A model generated the notes under the pieces. That model searched no databases, was not told the DNA's origin, and saw only the letters and a list, made by a program, of their open reading frames with translations. The translations under genes and the position numbers were made by a program. A stretch of DNA of 64,000 nt, taken from NCBI GenBank assembly GCA_016707005.1, contig JADJIQ010000002.1, positions 741,527 to 805,526 on the forward strand, read 5' to 3'. Positions within the stretch are counted from its first letter, which is position 1. Each line of letters starts with the position of its first letter. This DNA comes from Ignavibacteria bacterium (GTDB lineage: Bacteria > Bacteroidota > Ignavibacteria > Kapaibacteriales > Kapaibacteriaceae). Below are positions 29,123 through 38,794 of the stretch, one piece after another.

Positions 29123-31033
29123 TCAGAGTCGAACGACAGCTCGCAATAAAAGGTTCGGCAATTCCCGTCGCCCCGTGACATTTATGCGTTGAAATTCGTA
29201 CCACCCCGTGAGTGAAAGCAGCGATCCATCGTTGGCAATGAACCGAAGAACCACTTCCGGACCAACAGATTCCACGGAACCGATGCTGACCGGTGGTGCT
29301 CCGGCAAGAATGGACCGTTGGTTCATGGTATAGAGTCGAACTCCGGCTCCAATGCTCCATTGCCTGCTGGGCTGGGAGAAGATAAGCAGTTTGGCAAGGT
29401 ACTCAAGGCTTCCGGTCTCGGGAGTTTCTGCGAATTCCGACCATTGCAAGGTAGCGCGTTCATAGTAGCGAAGCAGGATCTGGGATTCGGCGTGCAAAAC
29501 AGGCGTGAGTTGAACGCGGATGGAGTCGCGGTACGACAGCTGCCTGAAGCTGAACGACCGCACCGACGAGGCGGTGCCCTCGTAGTCATAGACCGTGTAG
29601 TTGGCAAGGATCTCGAACTGTGGCTGCATCCGAACCACGCTGCCGGTCACATGGAACGATGGGGAAAACCGTAATACGCGGTTCTCGTTGTTCAAGGCGC
29701 TGCGTGTTGCTTTCAGGAAGACAAGGTGCAGGTATTGCCCTGACAAGCCAAGGCTCATAGAGAGGATGTCCGATAGTCTGCGTGCATAGGTGATCGTTGC
29801 CACCGTGGCCAGTTCGTCGCGATCATCGTCATTGGATTGGCTCGGAGTATCATACCGAAGCAGCCAGCCGGTCACGTCAAGCCGGACCGTATCGATATCT
29901 GAGGGATACCACTCGCCCCTTCCAAACATCCTACTCCTGAACGTCTCATTATCGCGTTGAAACTCTTGGGATCGGATCGCTTCCAGATCGTCCTCCGAAA
30001 GTCCGTGAAGATTGGACACACCATTCTGTTCGCTTCGCTGATAGACAGCTCCACCCGCCATAAACGTCAGCCTCGGCAGATGGATCTGAGCATAGGCTTC
30101 TACATCGAACAGCAGCTCTCGAAGCTGACGTTCAACGGCTGTGAGGGAGATAGTTGACACCGCCTCTTCGTACGAGCGATTCACACCAGCCGAGGAAAGG
30201 GACGTGATCAGACCTAGCGTTAAAGAGGAAGTAACGGCATAGGACACGTCGCCACCGAAGACCAACCGGCGTTCTGATCGTTGCTCTACGTCGAGTGGCT
30301 GTGTGGGGTCGATCACCGTGTAGAACTCACGTCCAAGATTCACCGACTCTATGGAAAGTCGGAGCGTAGACCCTTCGGCAAGAGACCGCACCACTTGGGC
30401 ACGCAGGTCGAGATCGGTATTGGTGCGTTGGGCATCCAGGAGTTGCCAATCCGCCAGCCCCGTACCGCTGATCATCCAATCTTCCGCGTCAAAGTTGGAG
30501 AGTCGACCCGATATCCCGGCTAGGGGGCCTGTGGCTCGCACACCCAGCTGGGAAGAGGCCTCTACGCCGGCGATCGCCTCCACCATTGCCACCGGACTAG
30601 GCTCATAGTGCAGTCCGGCGGCGATATTCAGTCGCTCCAGCGAGTTCAGCCCCACGCTGCGGGAATCTCGGGAGAGGATCCAGCCTTGTCGGGCCACTGC
30701 CTGCAGACCATCCCCTATCGGATGCATCCACGAGAGCTGCATTTGCTGGTCGTCTCGGGTGGCCAAGGTACTTGTCCGAAAGGCCGAGGAACGGTAGACA
30801 TTGTACAATCGGAACTGGCCCAGATCCGTGCTGACATCGACATCCGCATTGCCGATCCACACAAACGTGTTGGTGATCTTGTCCACGCCGAACTCAATCC
30901 CCTTGCCAAAACGGGTCTCTGGGGCATGTAACAAAGGGGCGATTTGTTGAGCATATCCGGATAGGGGGCTGAATAGGTAAAAACCCAGTAAGACAGCCAA
31001 TAGAGGCCAAATTCGACTGTTTCGGCCACTCAC
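29123..31033 (-). CDS. hypothetical outer-membrane beta-barrel protein
   Basis: Signal peptide only if translation starts at GTG 31033 (SGRNSRIWPLLAVLLGFYLFSPLSGYAQQ); alternating amphipathic beta-strand pattern; upstream 450 nt of track ORF rejected. Confidence 0.5.
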   Translation of the reverse strand: MSGRNSRIWPLLAVLLGFYLFSPLSGYAQQIAPLLHAPETRFGKGIEFGVDKITNTFVWIGNADVDVSTDLGQFRLYNVYRSSAFRTSTLATRDDQQMQLSWMHPIGDGLQAVARQGWILSRDSRSVGLNSLERLNIAAGLHYEPSPVAMVEAIAGVEASSQLGVRATGPLAGISGRLSNFDAEDWMISGTGLADWQLLDAQRTNTDLDLRAQVVRSLAEGSTLRLSIESVNLGREFYTVIDPTQPLDVEQRSERRLVFGGDVSYAVTSSLTLGLITSLSSAGVNRSYEEAVSTISLTAVERQLRELLFDVEAYAQIHLPRLTFMAGGAVYQRSEQNGVSNLHGLSEDDLEAIRSQEFQRDNETFRSRMFGRGEWYPSDIDTVRLDVTGWLLRYDTPSQSNDDDRDELATVATITYARRLSDILSMSLGLSGQYLHLVFLKATRSALNNENRVLRFSPSFHVTGSVVRMQPQFEILANYTVYDYEGTASSVRSFSFRQLSYRDSIRVQLTPVLHAESQILLRYYERATLQWSEFAETPETGSLEYLAKLLIFSQPSRQWSIGAGVRLYTMNQRSILAGAPPVSIGSVESVGPEVVLRFIANDGSLLSLTGWYEFQRINVTGRRELPNLLLRAVVRL

Positions 31034-31160
31034 CAAATTCGCACAACCACGCCAGTTTGCAGCTTGTAACAAAACGGAGCAATTCGTAGCGGTGTTGGAG
31101 AATAGGCCCGGTAAATTGCATTCAGAATTACAGCCCAATCCGTTCGAGTCCGAGAAGCAC

Positions 31161-32255
31161 ATGTCACAGTCACCCCGCACAATCCTGCTGATCGATGCTG
31201 ATGCATCGCGTCGCACTGAGACCGCCCGCCAGATCATGGTGCACGACGTTTCTGTCCTGCTGGCTTCAGACATGGTAACGGCACAATCCCTCGTACGCCA
31301 CCACCGGCCGTCAGCCGTGGTCGTCGATGCTGCCTTCATCCGGCAACCGGACCTGCGTGAAAAACTGTACATCCATGGCCTTAACATTGACACACCCTTC
31401 ATCGTCTTGGCAGACGAACGCGAGCCCCTTGCAGAGACATCAGCCCCGTATGGAGTGATCTCTCGTCCGCTCACCGACGCCGGCATTCAGTCTCTGCTCA
31501 CCATTCAAGGCCTGCCGGTATACGGCGAAACGCCTCCCTTGGTGAATCAGAATCAGTCCACACAGCCTTCCTTGTTGTATGCGCTGCCACACGAATATCG
31601 CACGCCACTGACGGACATCATCGGTCAGGCATCATTTCTTCACGGTCATGCCACAGAAGTTCCGGTAGAAGACATCCGCGACGTGAGTGCTGAGATCCTC
31701 TCCGCCGCCCGCAGATTGCTCCGCACAACAGACAACTTCCTCATGTATGCCCAGATCGAGACACTTGCCGAGAGTCCGCTCCATGTTGAGCGGATGCGTC
31801 AATGTACATCGCGCGAGCCAGCCATGATCGTCTACGACGCTGCGATCCAGCGTGCGTTGGCACATCAGCGTCAGGGCGACATGTCGGTTGCTCTTGATAT
31901 TGAGGGAGTGCCCCTTGCTATGATGGAGCAGCATCTCGACAAGATCATGACCGAACTCGTCGACAACGCCTTGTACTACAGTCGCCTTGGCACCCCGGTC
32001 AGCGTAAACGCCACCGCCACCACCCGCGACGTAGTCTTCACCATCCGCGACCACGGTGTTGGGATGCAAGAACAAGAACTCATGCAGATCGGCGCCTACC
32101 GTCAGTTCCGCCGTCAGTCACAGGAACAACAAGGCATCGGCCTTGGCCTCATCATAGCCAAGCGCCTCGTTGAACTCCACGGCGGAACGTTCACGGTAAG
32201 CAGCGCCTTGGGTATGGGGACGAGTGTGACGTTCTCGATACCTAGAGCCGCTTAG
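31161..32255 (+). CDS. hybrid response-regulator receiver / histidine kinase
   Basis: REC domain (ILLIDADASRR ... AVVVDAAF), H-box LPHEYRTPLTDI, HATPase_c (LVDNALYYS, IRDHGVGM, GIGLGLIIAKRLV); stop TAG at 32253. Confidence 0.7.
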   Translation: MSQSPRTILLIDADASRRTETARQIMVHDVSVLLASDMVTAQSLVRHHRPSAVVVDAAFIRQPDLREKLYIHGLNIDTPFIVLADEREPLAETSAPYGVISRPLTDAGIQSLLTIQGLPVYGETPPLVNQNQSTQPSLLYALPHEYRTPLTDIIGQASFLHGHATEVPVEDIRDVSAEILSAARRLLRTTDNFLMYAQIETLAESPLHVERMRQCTSREPAMIVYDAAIQRALAHQRQGDMSVALDIEGVPLAMMEQHLDKIMTELVDNALYYSRLGTPVSVNATATTRDVVFTIRDHGVGMQEQELMQIGAYRQFRRQSQEQQGIGLGLIIAKRLVELHGGTFTVSSALGMGTSVTFSIPRAA

Positions 32256-32389
32256 GCTTTTTAAGCGCCTTTGTAAGCGCCTTCTTCAAGCGCCTTTGTA
32301 AGCGCCTTTGTAAGCGCCTTCTTCAAGCGCCTTTGTAAGCGCCTTTGTAAGCGCCTTTGTAAGCGCCTTCTTCAAGCGCCTTTGTAAGC
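32256..32389. repeat. tandem array of 12/13-bp units AAGCGCCTTTGT / AAGCGCCTTCTTC x about 10 (left arm of 4HB cassette 2)
   Basis: Direct reading. Confidence 0.85.
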
Positions 32390-32440
32390 TGAGTCACGTT
32401 TAAGGGTTGTGAGAGTACGAAGAGGTTTTAGGGGAACCCT

Positions 32441-32899
32441 ATGTCTCTTCTTCAACTCCGCATGTATAAACGGGCCGGCGAGATCTCTGATGAGGTTGCT
32501 CTGTTTGCAAGTGCATGGCCGCACATCCATCGGAACACGATCGGAGATCAGATCATTAGAGCGGCGGATTCGATCTCAAACAACATTGCTGAAGGGTATG
32601 GCAGAACAGCAACAGGAGAACGCATCCAGTTTCTGATGTATGCCGATGGCTCGATCTCAGAAACAAGAAACTGTCTACATAGAGCATTCGGCCGGAACCT
32701 CATCGACGCAGACACCAACGCTCGACTTCAACAGCGCCTCGTATCATTGTCGATTAGTATCGTAGAGTTCGCACATGCTATAATTGAAAGAGACCCATCA
32801 TACAAGGGTCCATTCCGCGAACGAATCGCAAAACGCCGCGCCTGGCTTGTGAAGAAGCTCGCCAAGAACGGCGCAGCTCCCCCAAACGAACAATCTTAA
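32441..32899 (+). CDS. four-helix-bundle protein (TIGR02436 / 23S rRNA intervening-sequence protein family)
   Basis: Canonical family motif ...IIRAADSISNNIAEGYGRTATGERIQFLMYADGSISETRNCLHRAF...; ATG start; 152 aa. Confidence 0.8.
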   Translation: MSLLQLRMYKRAGEISDEVALFASAWPHIHRNTIGDQIIRAADSISNNIAEGYGRTATGERIQFLMYADGSISETRNCLHRAFGRNLIDADTNARLQQRLVSLSISIVEFAHAIIERDPSYKGPFRERIAKRRAWLVKKLAKNGAAPPNEQS

Positions 32900-33160
32900 A
32901 GAAGGCGCTTGCAGAAGGCGCTTGCAGAAGGCGCTTGAATAAGGCGCTTGAATAAGGCGCTTGAACAATGCGCTTGAACAAGGCGCTTGAACAAGGCGCT
33001 TGAACAAGGCGCTTGAACAAGGCGCTTGAACAAGGCGCTTGAACAAGGCGCTTAACGAAGGCGCTTAGAGAAGGCGCTTGAACAAGGCGCTTAGAGAAGG
33101 CGCTTGAACAAGGCGCTTGAACAAGGCGCTTAACGAAGGCGCTTGCAGAAGGCGCTTACA
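32900..33160. repeat. inverted tandem array of 13-bp units (A/G)AAGGCGCTTGAAC and variants x about 20 (right arm of 4HB cassette 2)
   Basis: Reverse complement GTTCAAGCGCCTT matches left-arm unit family; last unit overlaps the pcrA stop codon (cttaca). Confidence 0.85.
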
Positions 33161-35468
33161 AAGCCTCCAGCCTAGCAAACGCAACCATCAACTGCTTCCT
33201 TTGACCGTTATCAAACAGCACGGTGGCCTTTTCACTCTGACCTGTGCCGCTTACGGAGCTGATGGTGCCGGCGCCGAACATGGGGTGTTTGACGCGCTGA
33301 CCTACCTTGACGGATGAAGGGCCTTCTGGGGCCGGACCTTGCACGCCACGGGCCTTGGGTTGGCTGACGCTGGTATAGCGCTTTGGCATTGGCAGCTGTG
33401 AATACGACTCACCCTGCGCCACCTGAGAATACGAGGATTGTTTTGGTGATGAGGGGGCTGTTCGTGGCGCTGCTTCCCGTGCATTGTTGCCGGTCATACT
33501 GCGTGCAGATGGTGCAAGGGTGTCCTTGTCGATCTCACCTAAGAACATGGATGGACGGGAGAAGACGAGTTCGCCAAAACGGTACCGACGTTCTGCGTAG
33601 GAAAGAACGAGCTGCTCACGTGCGCGTGTGATGCCCACATAAAGGAGTCTGCGTTCTTCCTCCTGCTCCATCATGTCGGTCTCTGCCTTTGCCAACGGGA
33701 ACAAACCTTGTTCGAGTCCGGCAATAACAACGAGGGGAAACTCAAGCCCCTTAGCAGCATGCATGGTCATCATGGCGATACGTTCTGTTCCAAGCTTTGG
33801 ATCATCAGCATCACTGAGCAAGGCGATCTGCTCGAGGTAGTTGATGAGGGTCATGTTCTCATCAAGCTCTTGCTGCTCGGCGATGTGATCGAGGAGACGT
33901 TCAATGTTGTTCCATCGATCGAGTGCTTCTTCCGACTGTTGAAGCTTGTACATCTGGGGGAGCCCCGTTGCCTCGATATAGGCCTGGGCAAGTGATGCAG
34001 GAGCAAGCTCGGGCATCATCTCCTGGTAACGAGCGATGATCCCAACGAAGTCCTTGACGGCCTTTGCCGTGCGGGCCTGCATCATGGGGACGGTTTCGAT
34101 GTTTGATAGGACTTCGAAGACCGGACTGTTGGTTCGGACAGCAAACTCTTGAACGCGTTCAAGGGTTGTAGCGCCAATACCACGCGCAGGCTCATTGATG
34201 ACGCGGAGGATGCTCTCGGTGTCGTTGGGGTTGACGAGGAGTCGCAGATAGGCGAGGACGTCTTTCACTTCCTTACGCTTATAGAAACTCACTCCGCTCA
34301 CGATATGGTATGGAGTGTTCCCTCTACGCAGTGCATCTTCCAATGCTTGCGATTGAGCGTTGGTGCGATACAGAATGGCCACGTCCTTGTACGAGTATCC
34401 GTACTTCTCAACGCGTGAACGTATCGTCCGTGCGATCATGTCGGCTTCTTCGCGGTCATCTCTGCACGCAAGAACAGTGATCTTTTCGCCTTCGATGTTG
34501 TCGGTGAAGAGCGACTTCTTCAGCTGCTTGGTGTTGCGCTTGATCACGCTATCTGCCGCCGCAAGAATGGTCTTGGTTGACCGGTAGTTTTGCTCGAGAC
34601 GGACAACCTTTGATTCGGGATAGTCGCGCTCAAAGTCGAGGATGTTGCGGATATCCGCACCACGCCACCGGTAGATACTCTGCGCGTCATCGCCCACAAC
34701 ACAAAGGTTGCGGTACTTCCGCGCCAACATCGTCACCACTTGATACTGTGCACGGTTGGTGTCTTGATACTCATCCACCAGCAGATATCGGAATCTATCC
34801 TGCAACGACTCGAGCACGTCGGGATGATGTTCAAGAAGTCTGATGGTATTGAGCAACAGATCATCAAAGTCCATCGCATTACTCTGCGCCAGACGTTTCT
34901 CGTACTCCTCAAAGATCTGTCCGGTCTGCTTCTCAAGAACAGAGTCTGCACTTCGCACATACTCCTGCCACGAGATCATGGAGTTCTTCGCACTCGAGAT
35001 CCGTCCACGTACACCATTCACCGGCACAACCTGCTGCGAAACACCAAGCTGATTCATCACAGCCTTGATCGCTGCGGCTTGATCGTCGGTATCGTAGATC
35101 GTGAACGATGATGTGTAGCCGATCCTATCAGCGAACTGACGAAGGATCCTTGCGAACACCGAGTGGAATGTACCGGCCATCATTGATCGTGCTATGCCCC
35201 CTCCCACAAGATGAGAGATGCGTTCCTTCATCTCCTGGGCGGCCTTGTTGGTAAAGGTCAGCGCAAGAACGTGAGATGGGTTCACACCCAAACGCAAAAG
35301 GTAGGCGATGCGGAAGGTGAGAACGCGTGTTTTACCGGAGCCCGCACCGGCAATGATGAGGACCGGACCTTCTGTGGTGCTCACGGCTTCTGCTTGAGCG
35401 GCGTTGAGTCCGTTGAGAAGATCACCGGCCGGCGTGCCATCACCCATTGGCGTTAGAGTAAGGGTCAT
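33156..35468 (-). CDS. pcrA: ATP-dependent DNA helicase PcrA/UvrD
   Basis: LNAAQAEAVSTTEGPVLIIAGAGSGKTRVLTFRIAYLL and all UvrD helicase motifs; 770 aa. Confidence 0.85.
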   Translation of the reverse strand: MTLTLTPMGDGTPAGDLLNGLNAAQAEAVSTTEGPVLIIAGAGSGKTRVLTFRIAYLLRLGVNPSHVLALTFTNKAAQEMKERISHLVGGGIARSMMAGTFHSVFARILRQFADRIGYTSSFTIYDTDDQAAAIKAVMNQLGVSQQVVPVNGVRGRISSAKNSMISWQEYVRSADSVLEKQTGQIFEEYEKRLAQSNAMDFDDLLLNTIRLLEHHPDVLESLQDRFRYLLVDEYQDTNRAQYQVVTMLARKYRNLCVVGDDAQSIYRWRGADIRNILDFERDYPESKVVRLEQNYRSTKTILAAADSVIKRNTKQLKKSLFTDNIEGEKITVLACRDDREEADMIARTIRSRVEKYGYSYKDVAILYRTNAQSQALEDALRRGNTPYHIVSGVSFYKRKEVKDVLAYLRLLVNPNDTESILRVINEPARGIGATTLERVQEFAVRTNSPVFEVLSNIETVPMMQARTAKAVKDFVGIIARYQEMMPELAPASLAQAYIEATGLPQMYKLQQSEEALDRWNNIERLLDHIAEQQELDENMTLINYLEQIALLSDADDPKLGTERIAMMTMHAAKGLEFPLVVIAGLEQGLFPLAKAETDMMEQEEERRLLYVGITRAREQLVLSYAERRYRFGELVFSRPSMFLGEIDKDTLAPSARSMTGNNAREAAPRTAPSSPKQSSYSQVAQGESYSQLPMPKRYTSVSQPKARGVQGPAPEGPSSVKVGQRVKHPMFGAGTISSVSGTGQSEKATVLFDNGQRKQLMVAFARLEAL

Positions 35469-35701
35469 TCACCTTCTCCGGAACCCGAGCCGGACTTCTT
35501 CACGTAGTCGGTATGGTAGAATCCGCCGCCCTTGTAAATGATGCCGCTTCCGCCGGTGATGCGACGTTCCACATGCCCCTTCCCTTTTTCCGGTTGATCG
35601 CAGATCTCTGCCGGACAGGTAGTAAGGGGCTCCTCCTTCATCGCTTGCATGTACTCAAAGTTCTTGCCGCACGTTGTGCAGACGTAGTCATAGGTTGGCA
35701 T
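35465..35701 (-). CDS. FmdB-family zinc-ribbon protein
   Basis: MPTYDYVCTTCG...CPAEIC double CxxC ribbon; Gly/Ser-rich tail; 4-nt overlap with pcrA. Confidence 0.65.
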   Translation of the reverse strand: MPTYDYVCTTCGKNFEYMQAMKEEPLTTCPAEICDQPEKGKGHVERRITGGSGIIYKGGGFYHTDYVKKSGSGSGEGE

Positions 35702-35713
35702 TGTGATGTGTCC

Positions 35714-36724
35714 TTACAATTCAACGAAACCGGTCTTCTTGTAGACCTTGCGAAGGACCTTACGTGCACGATCGCGTGCATGCTCGGCACCTGCCTTGAG
35801 CGTTGCCTTGAGCGACTCTTCGTCCGAGCGAAGCGCAGTGTAGCGCTCTCTCACCGGACGAATGAACGCAACCAACGCTTCGCCTACAGCTTCCTTGAAT
35901 TCCGCATAACCGAGTCCGGCAAAGTCTGCTTGAATCTCGGCGATGCTTTTTCCTGTTGTGATATGATGAATGGTCATGAGGTTGGCCACGCCCGGACGCT
36001 TTTCGGCATCGTAGACGATATCTGTTCCGCTATCGGTAACGGCGCGTTTGATCTTTGACATGATCACGTCATCGGAATCGATGAGGAAGACCGTTGCCTT
36101 GTCGTTGGCGTCCGACTTGGACATCTTCTTTTCCGGCTCCTGCAGCGACATGATCTTGGCCCCAACCTTCGGGATGAACGGTTCGGGCACGGTGAACGTA
36201 GGCGAGTAGTGGAAGTTGAATCGTTCGGCAAGATTGCGTGTGAGTTCAAGATGCTGACGTTGGTCTTCCCCTACCGGCACAAGGTCGGCGTTATAGAGCA
36301 AGATGTCAGCGGCCATCAGCACAGGATAGGTGAAGAGTCCAACATTCACATTGTCCGCATGCTGCGCACTCTTGTCCTTGAACTGCGTCATCCGAGACAC
36401 CTCACCAAACCCAGCCAGACAATTCAGGACCCATGCAAGCTGGGCGTGTTCAGGGACGTGACTCTGGATGAACAACGTAGAGACGTTCGGGTCGATCCCG
36501 GCCGCCATATACATCGCCGCCACATCCAGCGAACGCTTCCGCAGTTTGGCCGGTTCCTGGCGCACCGTGATGGCGTGTAGGTCCACCACACAGAACAGAG
36601 AATCATACTCGTGCTGCAATTCCACCCAGTTCTTGAGCGCACCGGCGTATTGGCCAAAGGTGAGGTCGTTGGTGGGCTGCATCCCCGAAAGGATCGTCTT
36701 TTTTTGTGGTGTGGTTGTTTCCAT
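35714..36724 (-). CDS. trpS: tryptophan--tRNA ligase
   Basis: SGMQPTNDLTFGQY class I motif and KMSKS; start at ATG 36724 (METTTPQKKTILSG). Confidence 0.9.
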   Translation of the reverse strand: METTTPQKKTILSGMQPTNDLTFGQYAGALKNWVELQHEYDSLFCVVDLHAITVRQEPAKLRKRSLDVAAMYMAAGIDPNVSTLFIQSHVPEHAQLAWVLNCLAGFGEVSRMTQFKDKSAQHADNVNVGLFTYPVLMAADILLYNADLVPVGEDQRQHLELTRNLAERFNFHYSPTFTVPEPFIPKVGAKIMSLQEPEKKMSKSDANDKATVFLIDSDDVIMSKIKRAVTDSGTDIVYDAEKRPGVANLMTIHHITTGKSIAEIQADFAGLGYAEFKEAVGEALVAFIRPVRERYTALRSDEESLKATLKAGAEHARDRARKVLRKVYKKTGFVEL

Positions 36725-36772
36725 AGCTCGCGAAAATACCGACCTCTTGAGTGAATGACGCATTTTTGCAGG

Positions 36773-37330
36773 ATGTTCACTCAAATGCGCCTTGCCGCCG
36801 CCCTTCTGATGACGTTGATAAGCGTCGGAATGTCCACCGCCCAGGAAGAAATGGGTGATGAACCCCAACCGTCAGGTTCGTGGACGATGCTCTCTGTTCA
36901 TCGTACCTGGTCACCCCAAGAACGTGACTTTCCGAACGGAGGTTTTGGGATCCAGTCCTTTGTGGATCTAGATAAGCCCCGTAGATGGTGGCTCGGTTTT
37001 GCCCTTCGCGGGACAGGCGTCTCAAAACGCGACGTGCTCTCGCTCATGATCGGTCCGGGCGTCTATCTGGCGGGTGACTCGCGCCTCGGACTCTTTGCAT
37101 ACGTGCATACCGGCCTAGCAATGGGCTCTTCGCAAGGTCTTGGTGGGTTCGACGTCTTTTCCGACCCTTCCACCACGTACGGACTTTCAACCGTGGGTGG
37201 CATTGGCGGCAACATCGAGGTCAGCAAATGGCTTCGTCTGCATGCGGCCTTGGTTGGCTCCTGGTTCACAGCCGAGCGCGGACAAACTCCCTACGGCGTT
37301 CAGATCGGCATAACCTTTGGCGGCAGATGA
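36773..37330 (+). CDS. hypothetical secreted / outer-membrane small protein
   Basis: Signal peptide MFTQMRLAAALLMTLISVGMSTAQ; Gly/aromatic-rich beta pattern. Confidence 0.45.
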   Translation: MFTQMRLAAALLMTLISVGMSTAQEEMGDEPQPSGSWTMLSVHRTWSPQERDFPNGGFGIQSFVDLDKPRRWWLGFALRGTGVSKRDVLSLMIGPGVYLAGDSRLGLFAYVHTGLAMGSSQGLGGFDVFSDPSTTYGLSTVGGIGGNIEVSKWLRLHAALVGSWFTAERGQTPYGVQIGITFGGR

Positions 37331-38772
37331 TCGACTCTCTTTCACCTACACGAACAGGATCAGATATGGCAGGGGGCTTGGGTTTCGGGTGTTATCGCGT
37401 GAGTCAGAGTGATCCCGTCCACGACGAGGCAATGCGTCAAGCACTTGCCCACGGCGTTGATATGGTGGACACCTCGTCCAACTACAGCAACGGCAAGAGC
37501 GAGATGTTGGTTGGCACGGTACTGGCCTCCATCCCGGAAGCGAAGCGTCCGACGGTAGTGACAAAACTCGGCTACATCCAAGGAGACATGCTGGATCTGG
37601 CCAAGGCACGCGCTTCCATGGGCGACGAACTCGCAGACGTTGTGAAACTCTCCGATTCTGCCTGGCACTGCATTCATCCGGACTTTCTCGAAGAAGCACT
37701 TTCCACTTCTTTTGAACGCATCGGCATCACGCCTATCGATGTAGTTCTGCTGCACAACCCCGAGTATTATCTGCAGATCGCTCATCAGAGCGGAACGTCA
37801 CTTGATGAGGCACGCACAGAATTCTACCGTCGCATAGAACTCGCCTTCGCGTGGCTGGAACGTGCTGTTACCGATGGTCGCATCAAATCCTATGGCATCT
37901 CCTCCAACACCTTTGCTAATGCAACAGACGCACCCGATGCCGTTTCTCTAGAACTCTGTTTTGCGTGTGCGGAACGAGTCGGTAATAGTGGGCATCATTT
38001 CACTACCGCCCAGATGCCAATGAATGTTGTTGAACATGGCGCTGCAACAACAACGAACCAAGCCGGAGGTACGTCCACCACGTTGGAACGAGCCGTTCAG
38101 CTGGGGGTGAAGGTCATCGTCAACCGACCGTTGAATGCGATCGTCGACAGCGACCTCATCCGACTCGTCTCCCACCCCATGCCATCGCATATCGTCCACC
38201 CCGACGATGTAGAACAACGCATACATGCCCTTGAGACCATCGAGCACGACCTCGTGAATTCCATCATGGCAGGGGGCTCCTTGTCTGAACGGGAGACGCA
38301 AGTAGCGCAGGAAGCGTTCCGCATCGCCGGCGCGTTATGTTCTGCATGGACAAAGTTCCAGGGTCTACCGCACTGGCGAGACGTGCGTGCCACCTATCTC
38401 GATCCACGGCTCGAAGCGGCAGCGATGTTCGCAGACCGCGCACCTGACCCTGCAGCTGTACACTCGTATTTGCATGACGTAGAACACGTGCTGATCGACA
38501 TCGACGTGGTGTATGCCGCGGAAGAGAATGCTTCGCTAGAAGAGCTCCGTCAGATCCTTGCTGACGAATTCGGCATGCCGATCGACACTCCCCTTCAGCA
38601 TATTGCCGTACAGTCACTACGGTGCACTCCCGGCGTGGACCATGTTCTTGTGGGAATGCGACGTCCCGAATACGTAGAAGACATTCTCTCCGTCTTTGAG
38701 TTGCCCGAACCAACCTATCATCGAGCAACATGGCAACGCGTTGCAGAACACTTGGCACGACTTTCGCAGTGA
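37327..38772 (+). CDS. aldo/keto reductase with approx 150-aa C-terminal extension
   Basis: GFGCYRV...VDMVDTSSNYSNGKSEMLVG AKR N-terminus; ATGA overlap with upstream gene. Confidence 0.7.
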   Translation: MIDSLSPTRTGSDMAGGLGFGCYRVSQSDPVHDEAMRQALAHGVDMVDTSSNYSNGKSEMLVGTVLASIPEAKRPTVVTKLGYIQGDMLDLAKARASMGDELADVVKLSDSAWHCIHPDFLEEALSTSFERIGITPIDVVLLHNPEYYLQIAHQSGTSLDEARTEFYRRIELAFAWLERAVTDGRIKSYGISSNTFANATDAPDAVSLELCFACAERVGNSGHHFTTAQMPMNVVEHGAATTTNQAGGTSTTLERAVQLGVKVIVNRPLNAIVDSDLIRLVSHPMPSHIVHPDDVEQRIHALETIEHDLVNSIMAGGSLSERETQVAQEAFRIAGALCSAWTKFQGLPHWRDVRATYLDPRLEAAAMFADRAPDPAAVHSYLHDVEHVLIDIDVVYAAEENASLEELRQILADEFGMPIDTPLQHIAVQSLRCTPGVDHVLVGMRRPEYVEDILSVFELPEPTYHRATWQRVAEHLARLSQ

Positions 38773-38794
38773 CAACAATCATAAAGCACACATC

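Larger units (their letters stand above)
32256..33160 (+). mobile_element. putative foldback cassette 2: 134-bp and 260-bp inverted arrays enclosing a 4HB gene
   Basis: Same architecture as cassettes 1 and 3 but with a different repeat unit. Confidence 0.4.

Noticed and set aside
31034-31486. N-terminal 150 aa of track ORF 29123..31486
   Set aside because: No coding-like composition or signal peptide; internal GTG at 31033 gives a clean signal peptide and leaves room for the divergent promoter.
36725-36868. N-terminal extension of trpS
   Set aside because: Non-conserved basic stretch; family N-terminus begins near METTTPQKKTILSGMQPT.
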